64,000 nt of DNA. It comes from Planctomycetota bacterium (GTDB lineage Bacteria > Planctomycetota > UBA11346). The translations under genes and the position numbers were made by a program. Position 1 is the stretch's first letter. Each line of letters begins with the position of its first letter. The stretch is taken from positions 1 through 64,000 of the forward strand of contig JBBQSO010000015.1 of assembly GCA_038213805.1 (NCBI GenBank), in the 5' to 3' direction. The notes under the pieces are model-generated. The model ran no database searches and was not told where the DNA came from. It saw nothing but the letters and a program-made list of their open reading frames with translations. Positions 21,049 to 30,495 of this stretch are shown piece after piece.

Positions 21049-22650
21049 TCAGCGCAGCACCAGCCCACCGCGGGCGTAGGCGAGGATGACGTCGAGGTCG
21101 GCCTTGCCGCGGCCAAGGGCGGCGACCGCCTCGGTGAAGCGGCCCACGTTTCCGCCCGCGCTGCGCAGCGCGCCGGCCAGGGTGCGGCGCTGCTGGGGAT
21201 CGCCGGCCAGCGCCGCGCGGCGGAAGGCGGCGAGTGCGGTTTCGTCGAGCACGCCCCGGGCGCGCTCGGTCAGCGTCAGGCGGTCGAGCAGCGCAGCGTA
21301 GGGCGCGTCACCGGCGACCGCCTCCAGGCCCGCGTTCTCGGCGTCGTTGACGGTCGCCGGCCGGCCGCCTGCGCCATCGGGCGTGGCCAGGATCAACTCG
21401 GCGGTGCGCGTGTGCAGCTCGCGCGCGCGGCGCTCGAGTTCGGTCAGGGGTGTGGCGCCGTCCAGGGCGAGACGCGCCAGCACCAGGCTGTCGTCACGCA
21501 CGCGGTCGAGTGCGCTGCGCAGGTCATCGCCGCCCGGAGCCACGGCGCGGCTGGCGACCGGGGCGGCCTGGGCGACCGGCGCTGCGGCGATTGGCGCTGC
21601 GGGCGTGGTGCGCACCGTCGGCGCGCTGGCGATCGGCGCCACCGGCGCCGCGGTCACCGCTGCGCTGGGTGCGGCCGCCACCGGCTTGACGCCCATCAGC
21701 TCCTCCAGGCGCTGCCCGGACTTGGCGCCGGCGAACAGCGAACCGGTGGTGCGCGCCATCCAGCGCGCGCGGGCGAGACCGTCGAGGCGCTCGCCGAGCG
21801 GCACGTAGCCGACCTGGGTGACCAGCTGCGGCACCAGGCGCAGGAAGGCGTCGACGAACTGCGCGACCGGCTCGCGCGCGGCGGCAACCTTGCTGATGTA
21901 GATGAACAGCGGCCGCGACAGCGGGCGGTAGGCACCGCTGGTGATGGTCTCGGCGGTGGGCGCGATGGGGCCCTGGCCGTTGTCGATCGGCACTGCGCGC
22001 AGCACCGCCTCGTTCTCCTTGAGGAAGGCGTAGCCGAAGTAGCCGAGCGCGTAGTCGTTGCCGGCGATGCCGCCGACCAGCGGGTCGTTATCGGTGCTGA
22101 CGATGTAGTCCGGGCGGATGGCACGCGTTTCGCCGATCACCACTTCGGTGAAGAAGTCGAAGGTGCCGGAGTCCTTGCCCTTGCCGTACAGCGCGATCGG
22201 CTCGTCGGGCCAGCCCGCGCGCAGCTGCGACCAGCGCATGATCGTGCTGCCCGGCTTCCACAGCTGGCGCAGCTCCTCCACGGTGAGCTTGTCGACGAAG
22301 GTGTTGCGCCGATTGATGGCCACGGTCACGCCGTCGAAGGCGATCGGCAGCTCGATCAGCTCGATGCCGTTCTGCGCTGCCTTGGCGAGCTCGTCGGGGC
22401 GCACCGGGCGCGAGGAGTTGGCGATCGGGATCTCGCCCGCGATCAGGCGGCGCAGGCCGGCGGTGCTGCCCGAGCACACCACCTCGGCAGCGAGCTGCGG
22501 GTTCTGCTGCGCGATCTTCTCGGCGACCGCGATGGTGATCGGGTAGACGGTGCTCGAGCCCTCGATGGCGATGGCGTGCGCGCCTTCCGCGGCGGCGAGG
22601 GCGTGGACGCCCAGGACGGTGAGGAGGAGGGCGGTCTGGATGAGGCGCAT
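21049..22650 (-). CDS. pstS: PstS-family phosphate-binding protein with long C-terminal extension
   Basis: Signal peptide; IEGSSTVYPIT, IANSSR, DGVTV, DSGTFDFF, LGYFGYAF, YRPLSRPLFIY; then an Ala/Pro linker and an additional helical region. Confidence 0.85.
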   Translation of the reverse strand: MRLIQTALLLTVLGVHALAAAEGAHAIAIEGSSTVYPITIAVAEKIAQQNPQLAAEVVCSGSTAGLRRLIAGEIPIANSSRPVRPDELAKAAQNGIELIELPIAFDGVTVAINRRNTFVDKLTVEELRQLWKPGSTIMRWSQLRAGWPDEPIALYGKGKDSGTFDFFTEVVIGETRAIRPDYIVSTDNDPLVGGIAGNDYALGYFGYAFLKENEAVLRAVPIDNGQGPIAPTAETITSGAYRPLSRPLFIYISKVAAAREPVAQFVDAFLRLVPQLVTQVGYVPLGERLDGLARARWMARTTGSLFAGAKSGQRLEELMGVKPVAAAPSAAVTAAPVAPIASAPTVRTTPAAPIAAAPVAQAAPVASRAVAPGGDDLRSALDRVRDDSLVLARLALDGATPLTELERRARELHTRTAELILATPDGAGGRPATVNDAENAGLEAVAGDAPYAALLDRLTLTERARGVLDETALAAFRRAALAGDPQQRRTLAGALRSAGGNVGRFTEAVAALGRGKADLDVILAYARGGLVLR

Positions 22651-22743
22651 GGGCAGGCCGTGGGCAAGGGGGTGAGGCACGAGGCTCCGGGAGCACGGGG
22701 GTGGTTCCGGAGCGCGGTAGGAAAGCCAGTCTGGGGTGGGTTC

Positions 22744-22773
22744 GTGAAGATCCCGTGTTGATGGGATGAAGCG
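22744..22773 (-). promoter_or_regulatory. Candidate PhoB/OmpR-type direct repeats upstream of the pstS-like gene
   Basis: Minus-strand CGCTTCAT / ATCAACAC / ATCTTCAC at an exact 11-bp period, ~95 bp upstream of the ATG. Confidence 0.35.
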
Positions 22774-22889
22774 GATCGACGGCCAGGCGACCGTGGCCTG
22801 CCAATGCGTGGCGCACGCTTCACCGCACCTACTTCATTCCTTCATCATCTTGCGCACGGTACCCAATTCATTCCGTCCTGGATCGTTGC

Positions 22890-24800
22890 ATGGACCAATC
22901 CGACCAGCCGAAGCGTGCCAGCCAGCGTCAGCGTACCGCGAGTGGCGCGTGGGTCGGCGTCCCGCCTGCCGTGCGCGTGCTGATCACCGGCTATCAGGTG
23001 CTGCACGAGCTCGGGCGCAGCCGCACCGGCGTCACCTACCGCGCCGTGCAGCTGTCGTTGCAGCGCGAGGTCGCGCTCACCGTGCTGGCCCCGGAGTTGG
23101 CGCGCCGGCCGGGCTGCGCGGAGCGCTTCGTCGCCGCGGCGCGCAGCGCCGGCGCCGTGCACCATCCCAACGTCGTCGCCTGCTATGATGTCGGTGAAGA
23201 CGAGGGACTGGTCTACCAGGCGCTTGAGCTGGTGCCGGGCGACGATCTCGCCGCGCACCTGGCGGCGCGCGGCGGCCGGCTCACCGCCAGGGAGGCGGTT
23301 GGCATCGTCGCCGAGTGTGCGCGCGGTCTGGAAGGCATCCATCGCGCCGGGCTGATGCACGGCGGGCTCTCCCTCGCCAACGTCATCATCTCCGCCGACG
23401 AAGCGGTGAAGCTCGCCAATCCCGCGCGGGCGCTCGTTGACGATGCGGAGTTGCCTGGGGAGCCCGGCGAGGAGGCGCTGTTCGCGCCGGAACTGGCCGG
23501 CGGCGGCGCGGCTCCGGACATCCGCAGCGACACCTATGCGCTCGGCGCCATCCTCTTCGTGCTGGTCACCGGCCGCGCGCCCTACGCGGCGCCCGACCCA
23601 CGCGCGCTGCGCCTGCAGATCCTGCAGGCGCCGCCGCCCGACCCGCGCGACGACGCGCCGGAGCTGTCGCCCGCCCTCGCCGCGGTGGTGCTCAAGGCCT
23701 TGGCCAAGGACCCGGCACGCCGCTACGCGACGCCCACCCAGTTGCGCGAAGACCTCGAGCGCCTGCGCATCGACGCGACGCCGATCCATGCGCAGGTGCC
23801 AGCGAGCGATGGAGGCGACTACCAGCCGGGCACGCGCACGGTCTTCGCCCACACCCGTCCGTCGGCATATGCCGCCGAGGCGCGCGCCATCGACGCCGAG
23901 ACTGTGCCGCCGACGCCACCTGCGCGCACCGCGCTCATCGTCGCGGCGGTGGCCGTCCTCGCTATCGGCGCGGTGGCCTGGGGCTTGCTGCGTGGCGGTG
24001 CCCCGCCGGTGGTCGCCCAGGTCGCGCCGACAGTGGTGGCGGACGCGGTCGCCACCAGCCCCGCCGCCATCCCCGAGCCCGCCTGGCCCCGTCCGGCGTG
24101 GGCGGCGGCGCGCGGCGAGGATGCGCACGGCCGCTGGGCCGATCTCACCCTGGCCGGCCGCACGGTGCGCCTGCGCTGGTGCCCGCCCGGCTCATTCATG
24201 CTCGGCAGCCCACTCGACGAGGCCGGCCGCCACGCCGACGAGGGTCCCTGCCTGGCGACCATCAGCCATGGCTTCTGGTTGGCAGAGGTCGAAGTCGCGC
24301 AGGGGCTCTACCAAGCCGTGATGGGCGCCAATCCCAGCGCCTTCCGCGGCGACGACCTGCCGGTCGAGAATGTCACCTGGGACGAGTCCCAGGGCTTTCT
24401 GCGCCGTGTTAACGCGGCATTGGCCCTGCCGCTGGCGCGCCTGCCGACCGAGGCCGAGTGGGAATACGCCTGCCGCGCCGGTGCACCGGGCGAAGTGCCG
24501 GCCGTCGGCTGGTTCGCCGCGAACAGCGGCAACCGCAGTCATCCCGTCGGCACCCAGCCTGCCAATGCCTGGGGCCTGCACGACCTGCGCGGCAATGTCA
24601 TGGAATGGTGCCAGGACTATCACGCCCCGTATCCCGCCGGCGCGGTCACCGATCCGCTCGGCTGGGACGGCATCGGCCGCATCGCCCGCGGCGGCGCCTG
24701 GGGCCACGCCGCGAACGAGGCGCGCATCGCGTTGCGCACGCGCTACCTGGCGATCGCGCACTTCTCGTTCCTGGGCTTCCGCTTCGCCATCGGGGGGTAG
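22890..24800 (+). CDS. Pseudokinase-TM-formylglycine-generating enzyme (SUMF1/FGE-sulfatase) domain protein
   Basis: Kinase fold with degenerate motifs (GRSRTG, VALT, HGG, NPA); TM helix; FGE motifs PPGSFMLGS, RLPTEAEWEYACRAG, NAWGLHDLRGNVMEWC, LGFR. Confidence 0.88.
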   Translation: MDQSDQPKRASQRQRTASGAWVGVPPAVRVLITGYQVLHELGRSRTGVTYRAVQLSLQREVALTVLAPELARRPGCAERFVAAARSAGAVHHPNVVACYDVGEDEGLVYQALELVPGDDLAAHLAARGGRLTAREAVGIVAECARGLEGIHRAGLMHGGLSLANVIISADEAVKLANPARALVDDAELPGEPGEEALFAPELAGGGAAPDIRSDTYALGAILFVLVTGRAPYAAPDPRALRLQILQAPPPDPRDDAPELSPALAAVVLKALAKDPARRYATPTQLREDLERLRIDATPIHAQVPASDGGDYQPGTRTVFAHTRPSAYAAEARAIDAETVPPTPPARTALIVAAVAVLAIGAVAWGLLRGGAPPVVAQVAPTVVADAVATSPAAIPEPAWPRPAWAAARGEDAHGRWADLTLAGRTVRLRWCPPGSFMLGSPLDEAGRHADEGPCLATISHGFWLAEVEVAQGLYQAVMGANPSAFRGDDLPVENVTWDESQGFLRRVNAALALPLARLPTEAEWEYACRAGAPGEVPAVGWFAANSGNRSHPVGTQPANAWGLHDLRGNVMEWCQDYHAPYPAGAVTDPLGWDGIGRIARGGAWGHAANEARIALRTRYLAIAHFSFLGFRFAIGG

Positions 24801-24814
24801 CGCCGCGACCCGCG

Positions 24815-24863
24815 AGCTGTCAGCCGCCAGCCGTCCGCCGTTAGCTGTCAGCCATCAGCCATC
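24815..24863. repeat. Heptamer tandem repeat (consensus AGCYRTC)x7 between convergent genes
   Basis: AGCTGTC AGCCGCC AGCCGTC CGCCGTT AGCTGTC AGCCATC AGCCATC. Confidence 0.7.
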
Positions 24864-26094
24864 ACCCATGCTGACCCGACACCACCTTCAATCCGGCCGG
24901 CTGCCCGATGCCCTTGAGCATCTCATCGAACCACGCGGTGGCGATGTCGAACGGCTTGCCACCTTTGATGCGCGGGAACTCGATCGCGCGCAGCACGCCG
25001 CCGCGTTCCTCATCGTGGCCGATCACCCCCGATTCGCCGCGCAGGCCGCAGTCGACGGCGAGGTCGACCATGCTCTTGATCAGGCGCAGGTCCTCGCTGT
25101 TGGCGGCCGAGGCGCGCACGTAGTAGCCGCTCTTCTGCACCAGCGCCTTCTCGGCGCCGAGCAGCTTGGCGAACTGCTTGCTGAACCAGGTGCCGACGTT
25201 GACCTTGTCGAGTTTGACGTGGCCGAAGGCATCGCGCTCGACGGTCTCGCCGCGCGACTCCATCTCTTTGACGATGGTGGCGACGCCGGCGCCCTCGCTG
25301 ATGAACACGTTCACGCAGTCCTTGCGGTCCATCACCTGCTTCAGGCGCTTGGCCTCGGCGGCGATGTCGAGCTCCATCTCGGGCAGGTAGACCGCATCCA
25401 CGTCGAGGTGCGCGCGGCTGAGGTTGAAGTGCGGCAGGAACTCGCGGTGGGCGAGGCGCTGGCGGTAGGCGCGCGCGGTGGCTGCGGTCAGCCAGCCACA
25501 GCTGCGACCCATGACTTCGTGGACGATCAGCATGCGCGGGTTGGCGCTCTGCTCGTTCACCACGTTTTCGAAGAACACCGCGCCCTGCTCGGCCGCGGTC
25601 CATGCGCCCAGCGACTGGCGGATCGGCACCACGTCGTTGTCGATGGTCTTGGGCAGGCCGACCACGGTCAGGTCGTAGCCGTGCGCCTTGAGGTACTTCG
25701 CCAGGTCGGCGGCGGTAGTGTTGGTGTCATCGCCACCGATGGTGTGCAGGATGGTGATGCCGTCGCGGCTCAGACGCTCGGCAGCCGCCTGGAGCGGATC
25801 CTGGCCCGCGCTGACCAGCCCACGCTTCAAGCAGTCGGCGACGTTGGTGAGCTTGACGCGGCTGTTGCCGAGCGGCGAGCCGCCGTGGCGGTGGAGGATG
25901 CCCGCGGCCGCGCGCACCTCTGCCGAGACCGGCACGGAATCGCCCAGCAGCAGTCCCTTGTAGCCGCCCAGGTAGCCAATGATCTCGACCTCCGGCGCGA
26001 GGTCGGTGTAGCGCTCGATCAGACCGCCCACGGCGGACGACAGGCAGGGGGCGAGACCACCGGCGGTGAGCATCGCGACTTTGTGCTTGGGCAT
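24862..26094 (-). CDS. pfp: Pyrophosphate-dependent phosphofructokinase
   Basis: TAGGLAPCLS, GGDDT (PPi-specific Asp), LPKTIDND, HEVMGR, SEGAG. Confidence 0.92.
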   Translation of the reverse strand: MPKHKVAMLTAGGLAPCLSSAVGGLIERYTDLAPEVEIIGYLGGYKGLLLGDSVPVSAEVRAAAGILHRHGGSPLGNSRVKLTNVADCLKRGLVSAGQDPLQAAAERLSRDGITILHTIGGDDTNTTAADLAKYLKAHGYDLTVVGLPKTIDNDVVPIRQSLGAWTAAEQGAVFFENVVNEQSANPRMLIVHEVMGRSCGWLTAATARAYRQRLAHREFLPHFNLSRAHLDVDAVYLPEMELDIAAEAKRLKQVMDRKDCVNVFISEGAGVATIVKEMESRGETVERDAFGHVKLDKVNVGTWFSKQFAKLLGAEKALVQKSGYYVRASAANSEDLRLIKSMVDLAVDCGLRGESGVIGHDEERGGVLRAIEFPRIKGGKPFDIATAWFDEMLKGIGQPAGLKVVSGQHG

Positions 26095-26374
26095 GTGCGG
26101 GACTCCGGAAACGGGTCTGGGGAAGGAGGGAGGCGCGTTCTAGCCGCCTGTCCGCTTCAGGCCAGGAGAAGGTGGGGTCCGGAACAGGCTTCCGGTTGGA
26201 ACGGATGCAGGAGTATCCCTCGCAGTTGCCGGTTCCGCCCGGGAAATCCCGCTCACCCCGGGCGGGCCGGTCGCAGGTCGGGGACAGTGGGCGGATATCG
26301 GAAGGCCAAGCCAAAGCACCGGTTCCCAGGACCGCCGTGATCCACGATCTGCCGCGACCGCGGATCGCGCACGC

Positions 26375-27928
26375 CTATTTCACGGGCGCGCCACCCTGCA
26401 GCAGCCCCGCATCGCGGATCAGCTGGGCGATCTTCGCCGTGGAGCCGACCACCTCGAGCACCAGCTGCTGCTTGGCGGCGGTGGTCTTGAGCGCGGCGCT
26501 GCATTCCGCGGCCGGCAGCACCTGTTGGTTGACGCCGCCGCGCACCTGGGCGAGCACGCGCACCAGCGCGGTCACGTTGCACTGCACGGCGAGCAGGGCG
26601 GGCTGGCCCTCGGGGACGGTGGCGCCCTGCAGGCGCTTGACGATTTCCTCTGCCGGCGCCTGCGCGGCATGCATGGTCGACGCCACCTGGACGAGCTGAC
26701 GGTCCGTGGCCACCTGCACTGCGTCGCCCTGGGGGCGCGCGATGTGGAAGCCGCTCGCGGTGCCGGCCGTCACCGGGGTGGTGGTGGCGCCCTCCAGGCC
26801 CTGGGCGAGCGCTTCACCGAAGCCGAGCAGCTCATGGGCGCGGGTCTGCTCGCCGGCGAAGCGCAGTTCGGCCAGGAGGCGGTCCTTGAATTCGACGTCG
26901 AGAGCGGCGGCCCACGGCCCGCTGCGGTCGGCGATCGCCCAGATGCCCTTCCAGGCCTCGTCGACCACCGGCGTCCAGCGCGCGCCGCTGGCGGCCTGCG
27001 CGACCTCGCCAGCGATCTGCCCGACGCGCTCGGCCTGGCCCTGCCAGACGATGGCGCTGGCCACGGTCAGCCAGGTCAGCGGCGAGCGCACCGTCGGCAC
27101 CAGCCGATTGGGCTGGTTGCGCTGGTTGGCGATCCACGCGGCGAGCGGCGAGTCGGCGAGCGCCTGCACCCGGCCGCTGGTCCGGATCAGGTCGTCGCTG
27201 TCGGAACGCACCTCCCAGGTGATGGTCTCGAGCTGCGTGGCGAGTTCGCTCCACAGGCGCGTGGCCATGCCCTTCTGGCCCAAATCGATGGGGTAGGCGA
27301 GCAGGTCCGCCGGCAGCCAGCCGGCGACGCCGTCCAGGGCGATGCCGCCCGGCTGCAGGCTGCGCAGGAAGGCGCCGGAGGCGGTGAAGGACAGCGGCGC
27401 GTCGCTGGCGCTGGGGACCAGCGCGTGCGCGGCGAGCTGGCGGCATTCCGCAACCGTGCGCGCCAGGAAGGCGGTGTTGTCGCTGATCAGCAGGCGGTAC
27501 TCGCTCAGTCCCTGGTCGTCGTTCTGGCTGTAGACCACGGTGCCGTCGCGCTCGCCGACGCGCACCATCGGCGCTTCGTCGCCGATGGTGGTGCCGAAGT
27601 GTTCGAGGAAGCCGCGACGGTTGGCGAGCGGGATCACCGCCAGCAGCGGCGCGCGTCCCTCGCGCCAGGCCATCAGCGCCGGCCGGGTGAGGTCGATGCC
27701 GTCGAAGGCGTCGGCGCGGAACAGCAGGCGCGCCAGCCAGGCGCGCAGCGGCGCCGGATCGCTGCCCAGGGTGGTGGCGAACTGGGTGCTCTCGCGGTCG
27801 AGCCAGCGTGGGTCGTTGACGCGCAGCACCGCCAGCGCGGCAGCGAGCGGATCGGCCGGCGCCGCTGGCTCCGCGCCGCGCGCCAGGCCGACGCAGACCA
27901 GCAGCAGGCTCAGGGCGATCCGGCGCAT
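26375..27928 (-). CDS. Secreted hypothetical protein
   Basis: MRRIALSLLLVCVGLARG signal peptide; 517-aa ORF with host-like codon usage; GGAGG RBS. Confidence 0.7.
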   Translation of the reverse strand: MRRIALSLLLVCVGLARGAEPAAPADPLAAALAVLRVNDPRWLDRESTQFATTLGSDPAPLRAWLARLLFRADAFDGIDLTRPALMAWREGRAPLLAVIPLANRRGFLEHFGTTIGDEAPMVRVGERDGTVVYSQNDDQGLSEYRLLISDNTAFLARTVAECRQLAAHALVPSASDAPLSFTASGAFLRSLQPGGIALDGVAGWLPADLLAYPIDLGQKGMATRLWSELATQLETITWEVRSDSDDLIRTSGRVQALADSPLAAWIANQRNQPNRLVPTVRSPLTWLTVASAIVWQGQAERVGQIAGEVAQAASGARWTPVVDEAWKGIWAIADRSGPWAAALDVEFKDRLLAELRFAGEQTRAHELLGFGEALAQGLEGATTTPVTAGTASGFHIARPQGDAVQVATDRQLVQVASTMHAAQAPAEEIVKRLQGATVPEGQPALLAVQCNVTALVRVLAQVRGGVNQQVLPAAECSAALKTTAAKQQLVLEVVGSTAKIAQLIRDAGLLQGGAPVK

Positions 27929-28008
27929 GGGTAGGCCTCCACTCTACCAGGATACGCCTGGGGCGGCCGGGAGGCAAGGCGGGTTTACCGGGGGCGCGGC
28001 CGGGCGCC

Positions 28009-28806
28009 TCAGTGCGTGGGTTCGGCGTTGGCGAAGCGGATGATCAGCACCGATTCGCAGGCCTCGATGAGGCGCATGGGGGCGACCTCGATGTGCCAGT
28101 GGTCGGCGGTGGTCGAACGCACCGCGGCCTTGACCGTGCCCAGGACCAGGCCGGGGGGCACGCGGGTGTCGGAATTGGCGGTCACCACCTGCAGGCCGGG
28201 GACCACGCTCAGGCCGTCGCGGTCCTCGACGAAGTCGAGCAGCAGTTCGCCGCGCTTGCCGACGCCGGTCAGCACGCCTTCGGCGAGCAGGCGCTGACCG
28301 TCGATCAGCGCGGCGGGGATGCGACTCTCGTTGTCGGTGATCTCCTGCACCAGGCAGCGGCCCTCCTGGACGCCGGCGACCAGGCCGACCAGGCTCCAGC
28401 CGGCGCACACCGCCATGCCCTTGGTGACGCCGTCGACCGCGCCGGCATCAAGCTCGCAGTAGCGCCGGCCCTGGCGCTGGTTGCGCGCGATGATGCGTGC
28501 GCGCACCACCACCGCCTGCTCGGGCGGGATGCCGCCTTCGCCGCGCACCTGCGCGTATTCGGCCAGGCGCGTGCGCAGGGTGATGTTCTCGGCGTTGAGC
28601 TGCACGACCTGTTCTTGAGCGGCGACGAGCTGCTGGGCGAGCTCGCTGCCGGCCGCCGCGGGCTGGCCGGCCAGCCCGCGCTGCCAGGGATCCAGTGGGG
28701 CGGAGAGGCGATGCCAGGCGGCGGCGAGCAGCCCGGTCCGGGACAGCACCAGCGTGACCACGAGGGCGATGGCAGCCGCCAGCAGGTGGCGGGAACGCGT
28801 GGTCAT
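28009..28806 (-). CDS. mreC: Rod shape-determining protein MreC
   Basis: N-terminal TM, coiled coil (LNAENITLR), ARII.R, DAGAVDGVTKGMAV, LVG.V, VVT...PPGL.LG.V. Confidence 0.8.
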   Translation of the reverse strand: MTTRSRHLLAAAIALVVTLVLSRTGLLAAAWHRLSAPLDPWQRGLAGQPAAAGSELAQQLVAAQEQVVQLNAENITLRTRLAEYAQVRGEGGIPPEQAVVVRARIIARNQRQGRRYCELDAGAVDGVTKGMAVCAGWSLVGLVAGVQEGRCLVQEITDNESRIPAALIDGQRLLAEGVLTGVGKRGELLLDFVEDRDGLSVVPGLQVVTANSDTRVPPGLVLGTVKAAVRSTTADHWHIEVAPMRLIEACESVLIIRFANAEPTH

Positions 28807-29089
28807 GGGCGCATGCTGGGCTGGGCGGCACCCCTGGCAAGCGCAGGCCGCCAGGGATGGGGAGGCGAGAGCCACGGGGCGCGAGGGCAGTGCGACGCAT
28901 CCGGGCGCCGGCGGTCCGCTGCTGGCGGGGTGACGACCTGGGACGCCGTCACCTCAGGGACAGGGCGGCTGTCCCGCACGCCTCGCGCCGGCGCCCCGGG
29001 TGCGAAAGATGCGCTTGCCAGCACGAGCCGCTGCGGGGTACCATGCTGCGGAAGAACGTGTCGGCGTCGGCGTCGGCCCTGGAATCCTG

Positions 29090-30256
29090 ATGACCATGGC
29101 TCTGCACATCCTGCTGGTGGACGACCGCCCGGACTCGGTGCTCTTCCTCGCCGAATTCCTGCTCGCGCGCAGCCACCGCGTCGAGACCTCGAACAACGGT
29201 GCCGAGGCGCTCGAGGCGATCGTGCGGCGCACCCGCAGCGGCGACGCCTACGACCTGCTGATCAGCGACGTGACCATGCCCGGCATGGATGGGCTGACCC
29301 TGGTCCGCGAGCTGCGCCGGCGCCAGCTGCTGATCCCGACCGCGCTCTATACCGGTTTCTCGGCGGTGAATCCCAACCTCCACCAGCAGGCCACCCAGCT
29401 CGAGTGCCTGGCCGTGATGGAGAAGCCGCTCGAACTGCGCCGTATCGAGCGCCTGGTCGAAGAGGTCATCGCCCGCCGCACCGGAACCGCCCGCCGCCAG
29501 CTCACCGCGCGCTCCACCCGCGATGACAACCAGCCGTTCTTCGGCACCTCGCGCGTCATCGTCAAGCCGGGCGGTCGGCGTCCGGACGCCGGCACCGGTG
29601 AATCGCGCACCGGTGCGCTCGAGCGCAAGAGCGACCTGCATCCGGTGGTGCGCGAGCCTGCGCCGCCGTCCCTCGAACTGCCGTCCACACCCGCCGCCAC
29701 CGGGCAGACGGGCGCCTTCACCGCCCAGCTTGGCCGGCGCACCGGCAGCACCCAGGCGGCGGCGCAGATCCCCGGCACCGATCCGTTCACCGCCCCTGGC
29801 AGTCATCGCATCCAGGCCGTGCCGCTGCCGCCCCCGCCGGTGCTGCCGCCCCTGCCGCCGCCCCCGGGCGCGGCTGACAACGGCAACGGCAACGGCAACG
29901 TCTCGCGCACCCGTTATCCGACCGCCATCACCCAGGCTTTTTCGCAACCGCAGGCCGAGCAGCCGCCAACCACCGGTCTGGTGCGCCGCCAGGCCGGACT
30001 CTTCACCCACACCGGCGGTCACTACTCCACGCTCTCGTCGACGCGCATCCGCCGCGGCGTCGGCGGCGCCAGCCCGCTGACCCCGCCACACGGCCATACG
30101 GAGCAGCCTCCGCCCTCCGCCCAGCCGCTCACCAGCAGCTCGCGCGCCGTCGCCTGCGCGCACTGCCGGCGCGTCTTCGTGGTGCTGGTCAAGCCGGAGA
30201 GCTTCACCGCGATGTGCGTGAACTGCGGGAAGTTGAATCGCATAGATCCGCTTTGA
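29090..30256 (+). CDS. Response regulator: REC domain, long low-complexity linker, C-terminal Zn ribbon
   Basis: ILLVDD, ISDVTMPGMDG, YTG, EKP; C-terminal CAHC...CVNC. Confidence 0.8.
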   Translation: MTMALHILLVDDRPDSVLFLAEFLLARSHRVETSNNGAEALEAIVRRTRSGDAYDLLISDVTMPGMDGLTLVRELRRRQLLIPTALYTGFSAVNPNLHQQATQLECLAVMEKPLELRRIERLVEEVIARRTGTARRQLTARSTRDDNQPFFGTSRVIVKPGGRRPDAGTGESRTGALERKSDLHPVVREPAPPSLELPSTPAATGQTGAFTAQLGRRTGSTQAAAQIPGTDPFTAPGSHRIQAVPLPPPPVLPPLPPPPGAADNGNGNGNVSRTRYPTAITQAFSQPQAEQPPTTGLVRRQAGLFTHTGGHYSTLSSTRIRRGVGGASPLTPPHGHTEQPPPSAQPLTSSSRAVACAHCRRVFVVLVKPESFTAMCVNCGKLNRIDPL

Positions 30257-30259
30257 GGA

Positions 30260-30426
30260 GTCCGGAAGTCCGGGAGCCCGGAAGTCCGGAAGTCCGGAAG
30301 TCCGGAAGTCCGGAAGTCCGGAAGTCTTGGTTTCCCGAGGTTTCAGGTGCTGTCCCCGACGAAACCATGGATGTGGATTGGCTGTCTCTCCGACTTCCGG
30401 ACCTCCGGACCTCCGGACTTCCGGAC
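30260..30426. repeat. Inverted octamer-array element, copy 4 (upstream of xerC)
   Basis: 8 GTCCGGAA-type units at 30260-30323, 65 bp core, 4 YTCCGGAC units at 30395-30426. Confidence 0.92.
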
Positions 30427-30495
30427 CCGTCAGCATGACCGGTCCCGCGGCCCCGACCCTGGTCGGCGCCCCGGTCCCGGTCATGCTGACGCCTC

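Noticed and set aside
24100..24800. FGE/CLec-fold C-terminus as a diversity-generating retroelement target
   Set aside because: No template repeat differing at adenines and no reverse transcriptase seen in the window
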